A program made the translations under genes and the position numbers. A stretch of 64,000 nucleotides of DNA from an uncultured Chloroflexia bacterium (GTDB taxonomy: Bacteria; Chloroflexota; Limnocylindria; Limnocylindrales; CSP1-4): assembly GCA_963806175.1 (NCBI GenBank), contig CAWDXA010000011.1, forward strand, positions 1,170,782 through 1,234,781, in the 5' to 3' direction. Numbering within the stretch: position 1 is the stretch's first letter; the number at the start of each line of letters is the position of its first letter. The notes beneath the pieces are model-generated. The model saw nothing but the letters and a program-made list of their open reading frames with translations. It was not told where the DNA came from and did not search any database. This document shows, in pieces, positions 1-9,468 of this stretch.

Positions 1-590
1 CGCAGCAGCTGCTCGTTGAGGCGCCGCTGCTCGGGCAGGCCGTGATCCTGCAGTTCCAGGAAGAAGCGGTCCTTGCCGAAGATGTCCGAGTACTCCCCCG
101 CCAGGTTGCGGGCGAGGTCCCAGTCCCCGGCCTCCAGCGCCCGCGGGATCTCGCCCGTCAGGCAGGCCGACAGGCCGATCAGGCCGGCACTGTGGCGCGC
201 CAGGTGCTCGCGATCGATCCGGGGCTTGTAGTAGTACCCGTCGATGTGCGCGTCGGTGATCAGGCGGCACAGGTTCTGGTAGCCGGTCCAGTCCTGGGCC
301 AGCAGGACCAGGTGGAACGGCTGGGCGTCGGCCTTGCCCTCCTTGTCGGTCATCGACCGGCGGGCGACGTAGGTCTCCACGCCGATGATCGGCTTGATCC
401 CCTTGGTCTTCGCGGCCTGGTAGAAGGCGACAGCGCCGTACAGGGCTCCGTGGTCGGTGATGGCCATCGAGTCCATGCCGTGCTGGGCCGCCGCGTCGAC
501 CAGCTCCGTGATCCGCCCCAGGCCGTCGAGCAGGCTGAATTCGGAGTGGACGTGGAGGTGCGTGAAATCGTTCGGGGCGATGGTCGTCAC
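1..590 (-). CDS. dnaE: DNA polymerase III alpha subunit, N-terminal PHP domain (runs off the window)
   Basis: Manual translation from GTG at 590: MTTIAPNDFTHLHVHSEFSLLDG...AITDHG...KPIIGVE...HLVLLA...GYYYKPRID...SACL, the DnaE PHP motifs. Not in the ORF track because it is truncated. Confidence 0.95.
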   Translation of the reverse strand, partial: MTTIAPNDFTHLHVHSEFSLLDGLGRITELVDAAAQHGMDSMAITDHGALYGAVAFYQAAKTKGIKPIIGVETYVARRSMTDKEGKADAQPFHLVLLAQDWTGYQNLCRLITDAHIDGYYYKPRIDREHLARHSAGLIGLSACLTGEIPRALEAGDWDLARNLAGEYSDIFGKDRFFLELQDHGLPEQRRLNEQLL

Positions 591-657
591 GGGAGGTCAA
601 TGGTAGCGGCGGGTCGCCGGTCCCGCCGATGTCCCGTCGACGGGCTAGAGTCCGTCC

Positions 658-1032
658 ATGACTCCCTCCGACGTCGACGACGAGGCCATGGAATCCATGG
701 TCGTGGACGCGCTCGAGCGCCTGCCCGACGCCTTTCGCGAGCAGCTCGGGTCGGTCGCGATCGTCATCGAGGAGGAGGCCGACGCGGCCCAGCTTGCGGC
801 GGTCGGGGCGCGCGGCCTGTTCGGCCTGTACCAGGGCATCCCCAGGACCCGGCTGTCGGCCGACGCCTCGCCAACGCCCAGCAAGATCACGATCTTTCGC
901 GGGCCGATCGTCCGTGCCAGTCCGGATCCCGACGCGCTCGCTGCGCTCGTCACCGAGACCGTGTACCACGAGATCGCCCACCACTTCGGGATCTCGGACG
1001 AGCGCCTCCACGAGCTCAAGCACGGTCGTTGA
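658..1032 (+). CDS. Zincin-like minimal metallopeptidase family protein
   Basis: LFGLYQGIP...ITIFRGPI...TVYHEIAHHFGISD; HExxH motif; 124 aa. Confidence 0.9.
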   Translation: MTPSDVDDEAMESMVVDALERLPDAFREQLGSVAIVIEEEADAAQLAAVGARGLFGLYQGIPRTRLSADASPTPSKITIFRGPIVRASPDPDALAALVTETVYHEIAHHFGISDERLHELKHGR

Positions 1033-1158
1033 GCGCCCGCGGCTCCGCGGTCGAGACAGGCGCGCCCACGGCTTGAGCGGACCGGAGCGGATCGGCACAG
1101 CCGCCGCGCGAAACCTCGGCGCGGGGCCTATCCTGCACTTCGACCGTCCAACCGGCTC

Positions 1159-1188
1159 TTGCCCCGTGAGGCACGTGGTCGGTAGGAT
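1159..1188 (+). promoter_or_regulatory. Putative sigma70-type promoter of the nucleoside ABC operon
   Basis: TTGCCC (1159-1164), 18 nt, TAGGAT (1183-1188), about 105 nt upstream of the ATG at 1295. Confidence 0.45.
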
Positions 1189-1294
1189 GCGACACATTGG
1201 CGGCTCCTTCGGAGTCGCCGCGTCGCCGTTCAGCGCGATCCCTGGGTAGCAGCCCGTCACGGACGCCTGGACCGGCGAACCTGGAGGAGGAAAC

Positions 1295-2506
1295 ATGCGC
1301 AACCGCTCCCTGGGACTGACCCTGTTCGCGGGTCTGTCCATTCTCGTCGCCGCCTGCAGCTCGAGCGGCGCGACGGCATCGCCCTCGGCCGAGCCGTCGG
1401 TTGCCGCCCCGAGCGAGGCCGCGCCGTCCGTCGCGCCGAGCGAGGCCGCGCCGTCCGTCGCGCCGAGCGAGGCCGCGCCGCAATCCGATCTCAAGATCGG
1501 CGTCGTCACCGACATCGGCACCCTGAACGACAAGGGCTACAACGAGTACAGCTTCAAGGGCGCCGAGGATGGCGCCACCGAGATCGGCGCGCCGGCCCCG
1601 CAGTCGACGGTTCCGAAGGACGCCTCCGAGTACGCGGCCGACATCCAGGCGTTCATCGACCAGCAGTACAACATCATCGTGACCGTCGGCTTCAACCTGA
1701 CGGCCGACACGGTCACGGCCGCCAAGGCCAACCCGAACATCCATTTCGTCGGCGTCGACCAGTCGCCGGTGTGCGTGGATGAGCAGGGCAACGCCGATCC
1801 GACGTTCGCCTGCAAGGGCGATGCCAAGACCGTGCTCCCGAACTACACGTCGCTCTACTTCGCCGAGGACCAGGCCGGCTATCTCGCCGGGATCGTCTCG
1901 GCCTACGCCTCCAAGACCGGCTCCATCGGGGCCATCGGCGGCACCACCCTGTGCGCGCCGTGCGTTCGATACATCCAGGGCTACGAGCTCGGCGCCAAGT
2001 CCGTCAAGCCGGATATCAAGGTCGCCTCGGCCTACGTGACCAACGACTTCTCCGCCGCGGCGTTCAACGACCCGGCCGGCGGCAAGGCGTTCGCCCAGAC
2101 CTTCCTCAAGGCCCACAAGTCCGACGTCCTGTTCGCGGTCGCCGGCAAGACCGGCAACGGCGTCCTCGAAGCCGCCTGCGCCGCGAAGATCTACGGCGTC
2201 GGCGTCGACGTCGACCAGTGGATCTCGCTCGGTGCTCCGGCCAACGCGTGCCTGATCACCAGTGCCGAGAAGCACGTCGAGTCTGCGGTCAAGCAGGCCA
2301 TCACCGGGATCGCGGCCAACAGCCTGGCCGCGGGTGACGTCCTGTTCAACGCCCAGAACGACGGCATCGGCGCATCGCCGTTCCACGATGCCGCCAGCCT
2401 GTTCGGTCCCGAGGTCCAGACGGCCCTCGACACCGCCCTCGCCGGCATGAAGGACGGCTCGCTCAAGACCTGCCCCGACACCGATTGCGGCGTCTACAAG
2501 CCGTAA
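1295..2506 (+). CDS. BMP family (nucleoside) ABC transporter substrate-binding lipoprotein
   Basis: RBS GGAGGAGG; lipobox VAAC; KIGVVTDIG..NDKGYN; FAEDQAGYLAG; AVAGKTGNG; GVDVDQ; LITSAEK. Confidence 0.93.
   Translation: MRNRSLGLTLFAGLSILVAACSSSGATASPSAEPSVAAPSEAAPSVAPSEAAPSVAPSEAAPQSDLKIGVVTDIGTLNDKGYNEYSFKGAEDGATEIGAPAPQSTVPKDASEYAADIQAFIDQQYNIIVTVGFNLTADTVTAAKANPNIHFVGVDQSPVCVDEQGNADPTFACKGDAKTVLPNYTSLYFAEDQAGYLAGIVSAYASKTGSIGAIGGTTLCAPCVRYIQGYELGAKSVKPDIKVASAYVTNDFSAAAFNDPAGGKAFAQTFLKAHKSDVLFAVAGKTGNGVLEAACAAKIYGVGVDVDQWISLGAPANACLITSAEKHVESAVKQAITGIAANSLAAGDVLFNAQNDGIGASPFHDAASLFGPEVQTALDTALAGMKDGSLKTCPDTDCGVYKP
1409..1480 (+). repeat. 27-bp tandem repeat (about 2.7 copies) encoding a PSEAAPSVA linker
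   Basis: ccgagcgaggccgcgccgtccgtcgcg at 1409, 1436 and partially at 1463. Confidence 0.9.
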
Positions 2507-2521
2507 CCATTCGGACTCTCT

Positions 2522-2560
2522 GAGGGAACGGGTCGGCCGGCAACGGTCGGCCCGTTCCTC
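2522..2560 (+). terminator. Stem-loop after the BMP gene (terminator or mRNA stabiliser)
   Basis: gagggaacgggtcggccg-gcaa-cggtcggcccgttcctc imperfect inverted repeat. Confidence 0.6.
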
Positions 2561-2593
2561 ATACCCCCTCCGAACGTCCGGAGCGCCCCACCC

Positions 2594-4171
2594 ATGACGG
2601 ACCCGGCGGAACCGATCGTCGCTCCAGCCCTCGAGATGCGCGGCATCACGAAGCGCTACCCGGGTGTGGTCGCCAACGACGCCATCACCCTCGAGGTTCA
2701 CCCCGGCGAGATCCACGCCCTCCTGGGCGAGAACGGGGCGGGCAAGACCACCCTGATGAACGTCCTCTACGGACTGGCCACGCCCGACGAAGGCGAAGTG
2801 CTGCTCAACGGAACCCCGGTCAAGATCGCCGGACCGGCCGACGCCATCGCCCGCGGCATCAGCATGGTCCACCAGCACTTCATGCTGGTCCCGGTGCTGA
2901 CCGTGGCCGAGAACATCCTCCTCGGCGAGGAGACGATGGCCAACCGCTTCTTCCTCGACCGGAACGAGGCGCACCGGCGGATCATCGAGCTCGGCCGGCG
3001 GTTCGGCTTCGAGATCGACCCCGAGGCCAAGGTCGGCTCGCTGTCCGTTGGATGGCAGCAGCGGGTCGAGATCCTCAAGGCGCTCTACCGCAACGCCAGG
3101 ATCCTCGTGCTTGACGAGCCCACGGCGGTCCTCACACCGCAGGAGACCGACGAGATCTTCGCCGTCCTGCGACGGCTGGCCGGCGAGGGCCACAGCATCG
3201 TCTTCATCAGCCACAAGCTGTACGAGGTGCTCGAGATCGCGGACCGGATCACGGTCATCCGGCGCGGCCGGGTGGTCGGCGAACGCAAGCCCGCCGAGAC
3301 CGACGAGGACGACCTCGCCGAGCTCATGGTCGGGCGCGAGGTCCAGCTCGTGGTCGACCGCGGCGAGTCGCACCCGGCCGGGGCCGTCCTCGAAATCCAT
3401 GGCCTGACCGCCAATGACGACCGCGGCCAGCAGACCGTCAAGGGCGTCGACGTCGATGTCCGGGCCGGCGAGATCTTCGGCATCGCCGGCGTGGCCGGCA
3501 ACGGCCAGGACGAGCTCGTCGAGGCGATCATCGGGCTGCGCAAGCCGACGGCAGGGCACGTCACGCTCGACGGCCATGACGTCACCGGCCACTCGCCGCG
3601 CCAGCTCAACGAAGCCCAGGTCGCCTACGTCCCGGCGGACCGGCATCGGTTCGGCCTCATCCTGCCGTTCTCCATCGCCGACAACCTGGTCCTGACCAGC
3701 TACTACCGACCGCCCTACGCCCACGGCCTGCTGCGGGACCGCGACGCGATCGACCGCGACGCGAAGACGTCGGTCAAGCGATTCGACATCCGGACCCCGT
3801 CGCCGAACGCCAGGGCGGGCACCCTGTCGGGCGGCAACCAGCAGAAGGCCGTCGTGGCGCGCGAGTTCGACCGGGAGCTCAAGCTGCTCATCCTCGACCA
3901 GCCGACCCGCGGCCTCGACGTCGGCAGCATCGAGTTCATCCATCGCCAGGTGATCGCCAAGCGCGACGCCGGGACCGCGGTCCTGCTGGTGTCGGCCGAG
4001 CTCGACGAGGTCCTCGAGCTGTCCGACCGGATCGGCGTCATGTACGGCGGGAAGATCGTTGCCGTGGTCGACGGGCCCACCGCCGACAAGAACGAGGTCG
4101 GACTCCTGATGGCCACCGGCGGCGAGCGCGACGCAACGACCCTGAGCCACGTCATGGAGCCGACCGCATGA
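2594..4171 (+). CDS. Nucleoside/simple-sugar ABC transporter ATP-binding protein (two ABC domains)
   Basis: GENGAGKTT; LVLDEPT; LSGGNQQK; QPTRGLDVG. Confidence 0.95.
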   Translation: MTDPAEPIVAPALEMRGITKRYPGVVANDAITLEVHPGEIHALLGENGAGKTTLMNVLYGLATPDEGEVLLNGTPVKIAGPADAIARGISMVHQHFMLVPVLTVAENILLGEETMANRFFLDRNEAHRRIIELGRRFGFEIDPEAKVGSLSVGWQQRVEILKALYRNARILVLDEPTAVLTPQETDEIFAVLRRLAGEGHSIVFISHKLYEVLEIADRITVIRRGRVVGERKPAETDEDDLAELMVGREVQLVVDRGESHPAGAVLEIHGLTANDDRGQQTVKGVDVDVRAGEIFGIAGVAGNGQDELVEAIIGLRKPTAGHVTLDGHDVTGHSPRQLNEAQVAYVPADRHRFGLILPFSIADNLVLTSYYRPPYAHGLLRDRDAIDRDAKTSVKRFDIRTPSPNARAGTLSGGNQQKAVVAREFDRELKLLILDQPTRGLDVGSIEFIHRQVIAKRDAGTAVLLVSAELDEVLELSDRIGVMYGGKIVAVVDGPTADKNEVGLLMATGGERDATTLSHVMEPTA

Positions 4172-5325
4172 CAGCCGCGCCGTCCCCCGAAACTGGGCGC
4201 CCGAGGCGCGGCGTCGCGGCACGCATCTGGATGGTCGCGGCCGTCCCGGTCACCGTCGTCGTGCTTGCCGTCCTGCTCGGCGCCGCAATCGTGCTCGTGT
4301 CGGAGCTGCTCGTGCCCGGCAAGGCGTTCGACTGGGGCCTGCCGCTGGTCGCCTACGGGGCGCTCATCGAAGGCGCCTTCGGCAGCTCCGACGCGGTCGT
4401 CTCGACGCTCGTCAACAGCACCCCGCTCGTGTTCGGTGGCCTGGCGGTCGGGTTCGGCTTCAAGGCCGGCCTGTTCAACATCGGGGCGCAGGGCCAGTTC
4501 CTGGTTGGGGCACTCGGAGCGGTCATCGTCGGCGTCTGGCTTGCCGACGCCCCGGCCATCGTGGCGATCCCCGCGGCCGCCCTGGCCGGGTTCGTCGCCG
4601 GCGGGCTATGGGGCTTCGTCCCCGGGTTCCTCAAGGCGGTGTCGGGCGCCCACGAGGTGGTCAGCACGATCATGATGAACTACATCGCGGTCCAACTCCT
4701 GGCCGCGCTCGTCAGCGGGCCGCTCAAGGTGCCGCGGTCCCCGTCCCCGGTCACCTTCGACGTGGGGAATGCCGCCTTCCCGATCCTGTTCGGGCGCAAC
4801 GGACATCTCGGGATCGTGCTGGCGCTGCTGGCCGCGGGCTTCGTCTGGTGGCTCCTGTTCCGGACGACCTGGGGGTTCGAGGTCCGCTCGGTTGGCGCCA
4901 ACCCCGACGCGTCGCGCTATGCCGGCATGCGACCCAAGCTGGTCACGATGGCCACCATGACCTTGAGCGGGGCGCTCGCCGGCCTGGCCGGCACGAGCGT
5001 GCTGCTCGGGGTCACCCACACGATGACCTCGAGCTTCGGGACGACCGTCGGCTTCGACTCGATCGCGGTGGCGCTCCTGGCCCGCTCGCACCCGCTCGCA
5101 ACCGTGCTCGCCGCGCTCCTGTTCGGCGGGATGCGGGCCGGTGCCGGGCTGATGCAGATCCGGGCGCAGATCCCGGTCGAGCTGGTCGACGTCCTGCAGG
5201 CCGTCATCCTGCTGTTCCTCGTCGCGAGTCCCGTCCTGCGTCGGGTCCTCCACGCCGTCACGCCCGCCGGCGTGCCGGACGCCGAGGCATCGATGCCCGA
5301 CCTCACGCCCGGAGCGCTTGCCTGA
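4168..5325 (+). CDS. Nucleoside ABC transporter permease
   Basis: GLFNIGAQGQ; AHEVVSTIMMNYIA; GFDSIAVALL; hydrophobic; ATGA overlap with the upstream gene. Confidence 0.93.
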   Translation: MTAAPSPETGRPRRGVAARIWMVAAVPVTVVVLAVLLGAAIVLVSELLVPGKAFDWGLPLVAYGALIEGAFGSSDAVVSTLVNSTPLVFGGLAVGFGFKAGLFNIGAQGQFLVGALGAVIVGVWLADAPAIVAIPAAALAGFVAGGLWGFVPGFLKAVSGAHEVVSTIMMNYIAVQLLAALVSGPLKVPRSPSPVTFDVGNAAFPILFGRNGHLGIVLALLAAGFVWWLLFRTTWGFEVRSVGANPDASRYAGMRPKLVTMATMTLSGALAGLAGTSVLLGVTHTMTSSFGTTVGFDSIAVALLARSHPLATVLAALLFGGMRAGAGLMQIRAQIPVELVDVLQAVILLFLVASPVLRRVLHAVTPAGVPDAEASMPDLTPGALA

Positions 5326-6410
5326 TGGACATCACCGCACTCTCCGACGGGCTGTACGGCATTCCGCTGCTCGGGATCGTGTTCCAGATCGTCGGCTTCC
5401 TCGTCGACGTGATCCCGTCGAACGCACCGAACATCATGAACCAGGCCACGCCGCTGGCGCTCGCGGCGCTGTGCGGCGTCCTGTGCGAGCGATCGGGCGT
5501 GGTCAACATCGGCATCGAGGGGACGATGCTCGCGGCCGCCTTCACCGCCTGGGTCGTGGGCGTCGCGGTCAACCCGATGTTCGGGAGCCCGGCCCCCGGC
5601 CCGATCTTCGGGCTGACGATCCCGCTGGTGATCTGCCTGGTGGCGGCGGTGCTGGTTGCGGTGCTGATCTCGACGCTCCACGCCTGGCTGTCGATCTCGC
5701 TGCGGGCGGACCAGATCATCAGCGGCACGATCATCAACATCGCCGCATTCGGGGTGACCGGCTACCTCGACCAGCTGATCTCGAAGTCGTCACCGGCCGG
5801 GGCCGGCAGCTTCGCCGCGTTCACGCCACCGACCGAGCTGACCGACCTGCCGGTCGTCGGCTGGCTGATCGCGATGTTCTTCAACCAGGGGCCGATCGCG
5901 ATGTCGGCGATCGTGATCATCGTCGGGACCCAGATCTGGCTGTTCCGATCCCGCTGGGGCCTGCGCACACGGGCCGTCGGCGAGCATCCCCGGGCGGCCG
6001 AGACCGTGGGCATCGACGTCATCCGACTCCGCTACCGCAACGTCATGCTCGGCGGCGTGTTCGCCGGACTCGGCGGAGCGTGGCTGAGCATCGAGGCGAC
6101 CAACTCGTTCCAGATCGGGATGACCACCGGGCGCGGGTTCATCGCCCTGGCGGCGATGATCATGGGTCGCTGGACGCCCATCGGCGCCTTCGGCTCGGCG
6201 CTGCTGTTCGCGCTCTTCCTGCAGATCAGCCAGCTGATCAAGATTGCACCGCCGGCCGGCGACCTCGGCACGATCATGGGCTCGGTGCCGGCCCAGCTGT
6301 GGGACGCCCTGCCGTACATCCTGACGATCGTGATCCTGGCCGGCGTCGTCGGCCGGAGCATCCCGCCGGCCGCGGACGGCCAGCCGTACGAGCGCGAAGC
6401 GGCGGCCTGA
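5325..6410 (+). CDS. Nucleoside ABC transporter permease
   Basis: C-terminal part of ORF 4608..6410, start ATG at 5325 (TGATG overlap); ERSGVVNIGIEG; GLRTRAVGEHP; GRGFIALAA; LPYILT. Confidence 0.93.
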   Translation: MDITALSDGLYGIPLLGIVFQIVGFLVDVIPSNAPNIMNQATPLALAALCGVLCERSGVVNIGIEGTMLAAAFTAWVVGVAVNPMFGSPAPGPIFGLTIPLVICLVAAVLVAVLISTLHAWLSISLRADQIISGTIINIAAFGVTGYLDQLISKSSPAGAGSFAAFTPPTELTDLPVVGWLIAMFFNQGPIAMSAIVIIVGTQIWLFRSRWGLRTRAVGEHPRAAETVGIDVIRLRYRNVMLGGVFAGLGGAWLSIEATNSFQIGMTTGRGFIALAAMIMGRWTPIGAFGSALLFALFLQISQLIKIAPPAGDLGTIMGSVPAQLWDALPYILTIVILAGVVGRSIPPAADGQPYEREAAA

Positions 6411-6414
6411 GCCG

Positions 6415-7413
6415 GTGACCCAGACCGACGCGGAGCGAGCCGCCGCGCTCGCCGCGTTGCCGGGCGCCCCGCGTCCGGGCACGCCCCGCCCGGTCATCCT
6501 CGACTGTGACCCGGGCCACGACGACGCGCTGGCGATCGTGCTCGCGTGCGCCGCGTCCGAGCTCGACGTGCTCGCCGTCACGACCGTGTGCGGCAACTCG
6601 GGGCTGGCGAATACCACGCGCAACGCCCTGCGGGTCCTGACGCTGATCGGCCGGACGGACGTGCCCGTCGCGGCCGGGTCGGACCGTCCGCTGCTGCGCG
6701 AGCCGCTGGTCCAGCCGGACTTCCACGGCGAGAGCGGCCTGGACGGCGCCGACCTGCCGGAACCGGCGTTCGCCGCCCGGCCCGAGGCCGCCATCGAGCT
6801 GATGGCATCGCTGGTTCGCTCGTCGAGCCTGCCGGTCACCCTGGTCCCGACCGGCCCGCTCACCAACGTCGGCCTGTTCCTGCGCGCGTTCCCGTCGCTC
6901 CACGACCGGATCGGGGCGATCTCGCTGATGGGCGGCTCGCTCGGCGCCGGGAACACCACGGCGTCGGCCGAGTTCAACATCTGGCAGGACCCGGAAGCCG
7001 CGGCGATCGTGTTCGATGCCGGCATCCCGATCCTGATGGCCGGCCTCGACGTGACGCACCGGGCGCTCGTCCTGCCGCCCGACGTCGCGCGCCTCGATGC
7101 GCTCGGCACGAGAACCGGCCGGGTGTTCGCGGACCTGATGCGGTTCTTCGCGATCCATCACCGTGCCCGCTACGGCTGGGACGGCCCGCCGATCCACGAC
7201 GCCGTCGCCGTGGCGGTCCTGATCGCCCCCTGGCTGATCGCGCGCCGCGCCATGCGCGTGGATGTCGAGACCGGCGTCGGGCTGACCCGCGGCCGCACCG
7301 TCGGCGACGAGGAGGGCCGGTCCGGGCGGCCGGTCAACGCCGAGGTCGGCGTCGATCTCGACCGGGAACAATTCATGGACCTCGTCATCGACGCCGTCGC
7401 GGCATTCGCCTAG
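6415..7413 (+). CDS. Inosine/uridine-preferring nucleoside hydrolase
   Basis: DCDPGHDD; HGESGLDG; TGPLTN; AEFNIWQDPEAA; IHDAVAV. Confidence 0.95.
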   Translation: MTQTDAERAAALAALPGAPRPGTPRPVILDCDPGHDDALAIVLACAASELDVLAVTTVCGNSGLANTTRNALRVLTLIGRTDVPVAAGSDRPLLREPLVQPDFHGESGLDGADLPEPAFAARPEAAIELMASLVRSSSLPVTLVPTGPLTNVGLFLRAFPSLHDRIGAISLMGGSLGAGNTTASAEFNIWQDPEAAAIVFDAGIPILMAGLDVTHRALVLPPDVARLDALGTRTGRVFADLMRFFAIHHRARYGWDGPPIHDAVAVAVLIAPWLIARRAMRVDVETGVGLTRGRTVGDEEGRSGRPVNAEVGVDLDREQFMDLVIDAVAAFA

Positions 7414-7422
7414 CATCGCCGG

Positions 7423-8691
7423 ATGTCCACGGTGCAGCCCGCCGCTCCCCGCGGCCCGTCCGGTTCGCAGCCTCCGGCGCCGGCCGATCTCGGCTACGAC
7501 CCGTGGGACCCCGCGTTCGTGGCGGATCCGTACCCGGCCCTCGCCAGGCTGCGCGAGCAGGCGCCGGTCGTCTACGACGAGCGCACGAACCAGTGGCTCG
7601 TCTCGCGGCACGCCGACGTCAACACGCTGCTGCGCGATCGGCGCCTCGGGCGCTCCTACCTCCACGTCGCCAGCCACGAGGACTGGGGTCGGACGCCGCC
7701 ACCCGACGACCAGGCGCCGTTCTGGGACCTCCTCGCGGTCCAGATGATCGACATGGAGCCGCCCGACCACACGCGCCTGCGGCGGTTGGTCTCGAACGCG
7801 TTCACGCCTCGGACGGTCGAGTCGCTCCGCCCGCGGATCGAGGCGATCGTCGGCGACGCGATCGACGGCGCGCTCGCGCTCCGCGAGTTCGACCTGATCG
7901 CGGACCTGCTGGAGCTGGTCCCCGTCGCCGTGATCGCCGAGCTGCTCGGAATTCCGGAAGCGGACCGGCACCTGCTCCGGCCGTGGTCGGCCGACATGAC
8001 CCTGATGTTCGAGCTCAATCCGACGCCCGACGCCCAGCGCCGGGCCACGACCGCGAGCGCCGAGTTCGAGGCCTACCTGCGGGGCATCGCCAGGGAGCGG
8101 CGCACGGCGCCGGGCGAGGACCTGATCAGCCGGCTCGGCGCCGTCCTCGAGGCCGACGGAGACCGGCTGACCGAGGACGAGTTGATCGGCACGGCCGTCC
8201 TCCTGCTCAACGCCGGCCACGAGGCATCCGTCAACGGGGCGGCCAACTCGTGGTGGGCGCTGTTCCGCCATCCCGAGGCCCTCGCGCGGCTCCGGGCGGA
8301 ACCCGGCCTCGTGCCGACCGCGATCGAAGAGCTCCTCCGGTTCGACACGCCGGCCCCCATGTTCGAGCGCTGGGTGCTCGAAGCCATCGACGTCGGCGGG
8401 GTCACCATCCCGCGTGGCCAGGAGCTCGCGCTCCAGTTCGCCGCGGCCAACCGGGATCCGGAGGCCTTCGACCGACCCGACGAGATCGTGCTCGACCGGT
8501 CGCCCAACCGCTACCTGTCGTTCGGCGCGGGGATCCACTTCTGCCTGGGCGCGCCGCTGGCCAAGCTCGAGTTCGAGATCCTGTTCGCGGCGATCCTTCG
8601 CCGCATGCCGGCGCTCCGGGTCGTCGAGGAGCCGGCCTGGAAGCCTCGCTTCGTCCTGCGCGGACTGGAGTCGCTGCGAGTCCGGGCGTGA
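7423..8691 (+). CDS. Cytochrome P450
   Basis: EPPDHTRLRRLV; I-helix NAGHEAS; EELLRF (ExxR); heme motif FGAGIHFCLG. Confidence 0.95.
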   Translation: MSTVQPAAPRGPSGSQPPAPADLGYDPWDPAFVADPYPALARLREQAPVVYDERTNQWLVSRHADVNTLLRDRRLGRSYLHVASHEDWGRTPPPDDQAPFWDLLAVQMIDMEPPDHTRLRRLVSNAFTPRTVESLRPRIEAIVGDAIDGALALREFDLIADLLELVPVAVIAELLGIPEADRHLLRPWSADMTLMFELNPTPDAQRRATTASAEFEAYLRGIARERRTAPGEDLISRLGAVLEADGDRLTEDELIGTAVLLLNAGHEASVNGAANSWWALFRHPEALARLRAEPGLVPTAIEELLRFDTPAPMFERWVLEAIDVGGVTIPRGQELALQFAAANRDPEAFDRPDEIVLDRSPNRYLSFGAGIHFCLGAPLAKLEFEILFAAILRRMPALRVVEEPAWKPRFVLRGLESLRVRA

Positions 8692-9203
8692 CCGACGACG
8701 ACGCCGTGGCGCGCGCGGCCGATCGAGCCCGGGTCGCCGCCATCCTCGACGCCCAGGAGGGTCGCTCGCCCGTTGCCTTGCTCGACGATGCCGGGATCGA
8801 GGCGGCGCTGCGAGCCACCCGGCGGATCGCCGTGATCGGCGCGTCGTCGAACGCGGACCGGCCGTCGCACGGCGTCTTCCGCTACCTGGTCGAGCAGGGC
8901 TTCGACTGCGTGCCGGTCAATCCGGGCGAAACGGCCGTGCTCGGGGTGCCCGCCTTCGCGACCCTGGCCGAGGCGGTTGCGGCGACCGGGCCCTTCGAGA
9001 TGGTGGATGTCTTCCGGCGATCGGAGCTGTGCGTCCCGCACGCGCGCGAGGCGGTGGCCGCCGGCGCCCGGTGGCTGTGGCTCCAGCTCGGCGTCGTCAA
9101 CTGGGAGGCGGCGGCCATCGCCTGCGAGGCGGGCCTCGGCGTGGTCATGGACCGTTGCACCGCGATCGAGTGGCGACGCGTGGGCGCCCGCGTCAGCGAA
9201 TGA
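8688..9203 (+). CDS. CoA-binding protein (YccU-like)
   Basis: GTG start overlaps the P450 stop; IAVIGASSNADRPS; VPVNP; VDVFRRS; WLQLGV; VMDRC. Confidence 0.9.
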   Translation: MTDDDAVARAADRARVAAILDAQEGRSPVALLDDAGIEAALRATRRIAVIGASSNADRPSHGVFRYLVEQGFDCVPVNPGETAVLGVPAFATLAEAVAATGPFEMVDVFRRSELCVPHAREAVAAGARWLWLQLGVVNWEAAAIACEAGLGVVMDRCTAIEWRRVGARVSE

Positions 9204-9465
9204 AGAAGCCCAGGAAGATCAGGACGAAGCCGGCGATCGCGACCAGCCCCGCGTACTGGGCCTGCCGGCGCAGGACTTCCATCGCGACCGAGGCCCCGGT
9301 CTTGCCGTCGTCCTGGACTCCCCCACGCCATCGCTGGTAGCGAGCCACGTTCTCGTCCTGTGCCTTGAGCATCCTGTAGCGAGACCACGGAGCCCTCGCA
9401 CGGACGTAGCCGATGATGACCAGGGCCACGCCCGCGAGCCAGAGGACGAGGTTCACGATGCCCAC
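9193..9465 (-). CDS. Small two-TM hypothetical membrane protein
   Basis: Two hydrophobic stretches flanking a charged loop; starts 3 nt after the gatB stop. Confidence 0.7.
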   Translation of the reverse strand: MGIVNLVLWLAGVALVIIGYVRARAPWSRYRMLKAQDENVARYQRWRGGVQDDGKTGASVAMEVLRRQAQYAGLVAIAGFVLIFLGFFIR

Positions 9466-9468
9466 CGA

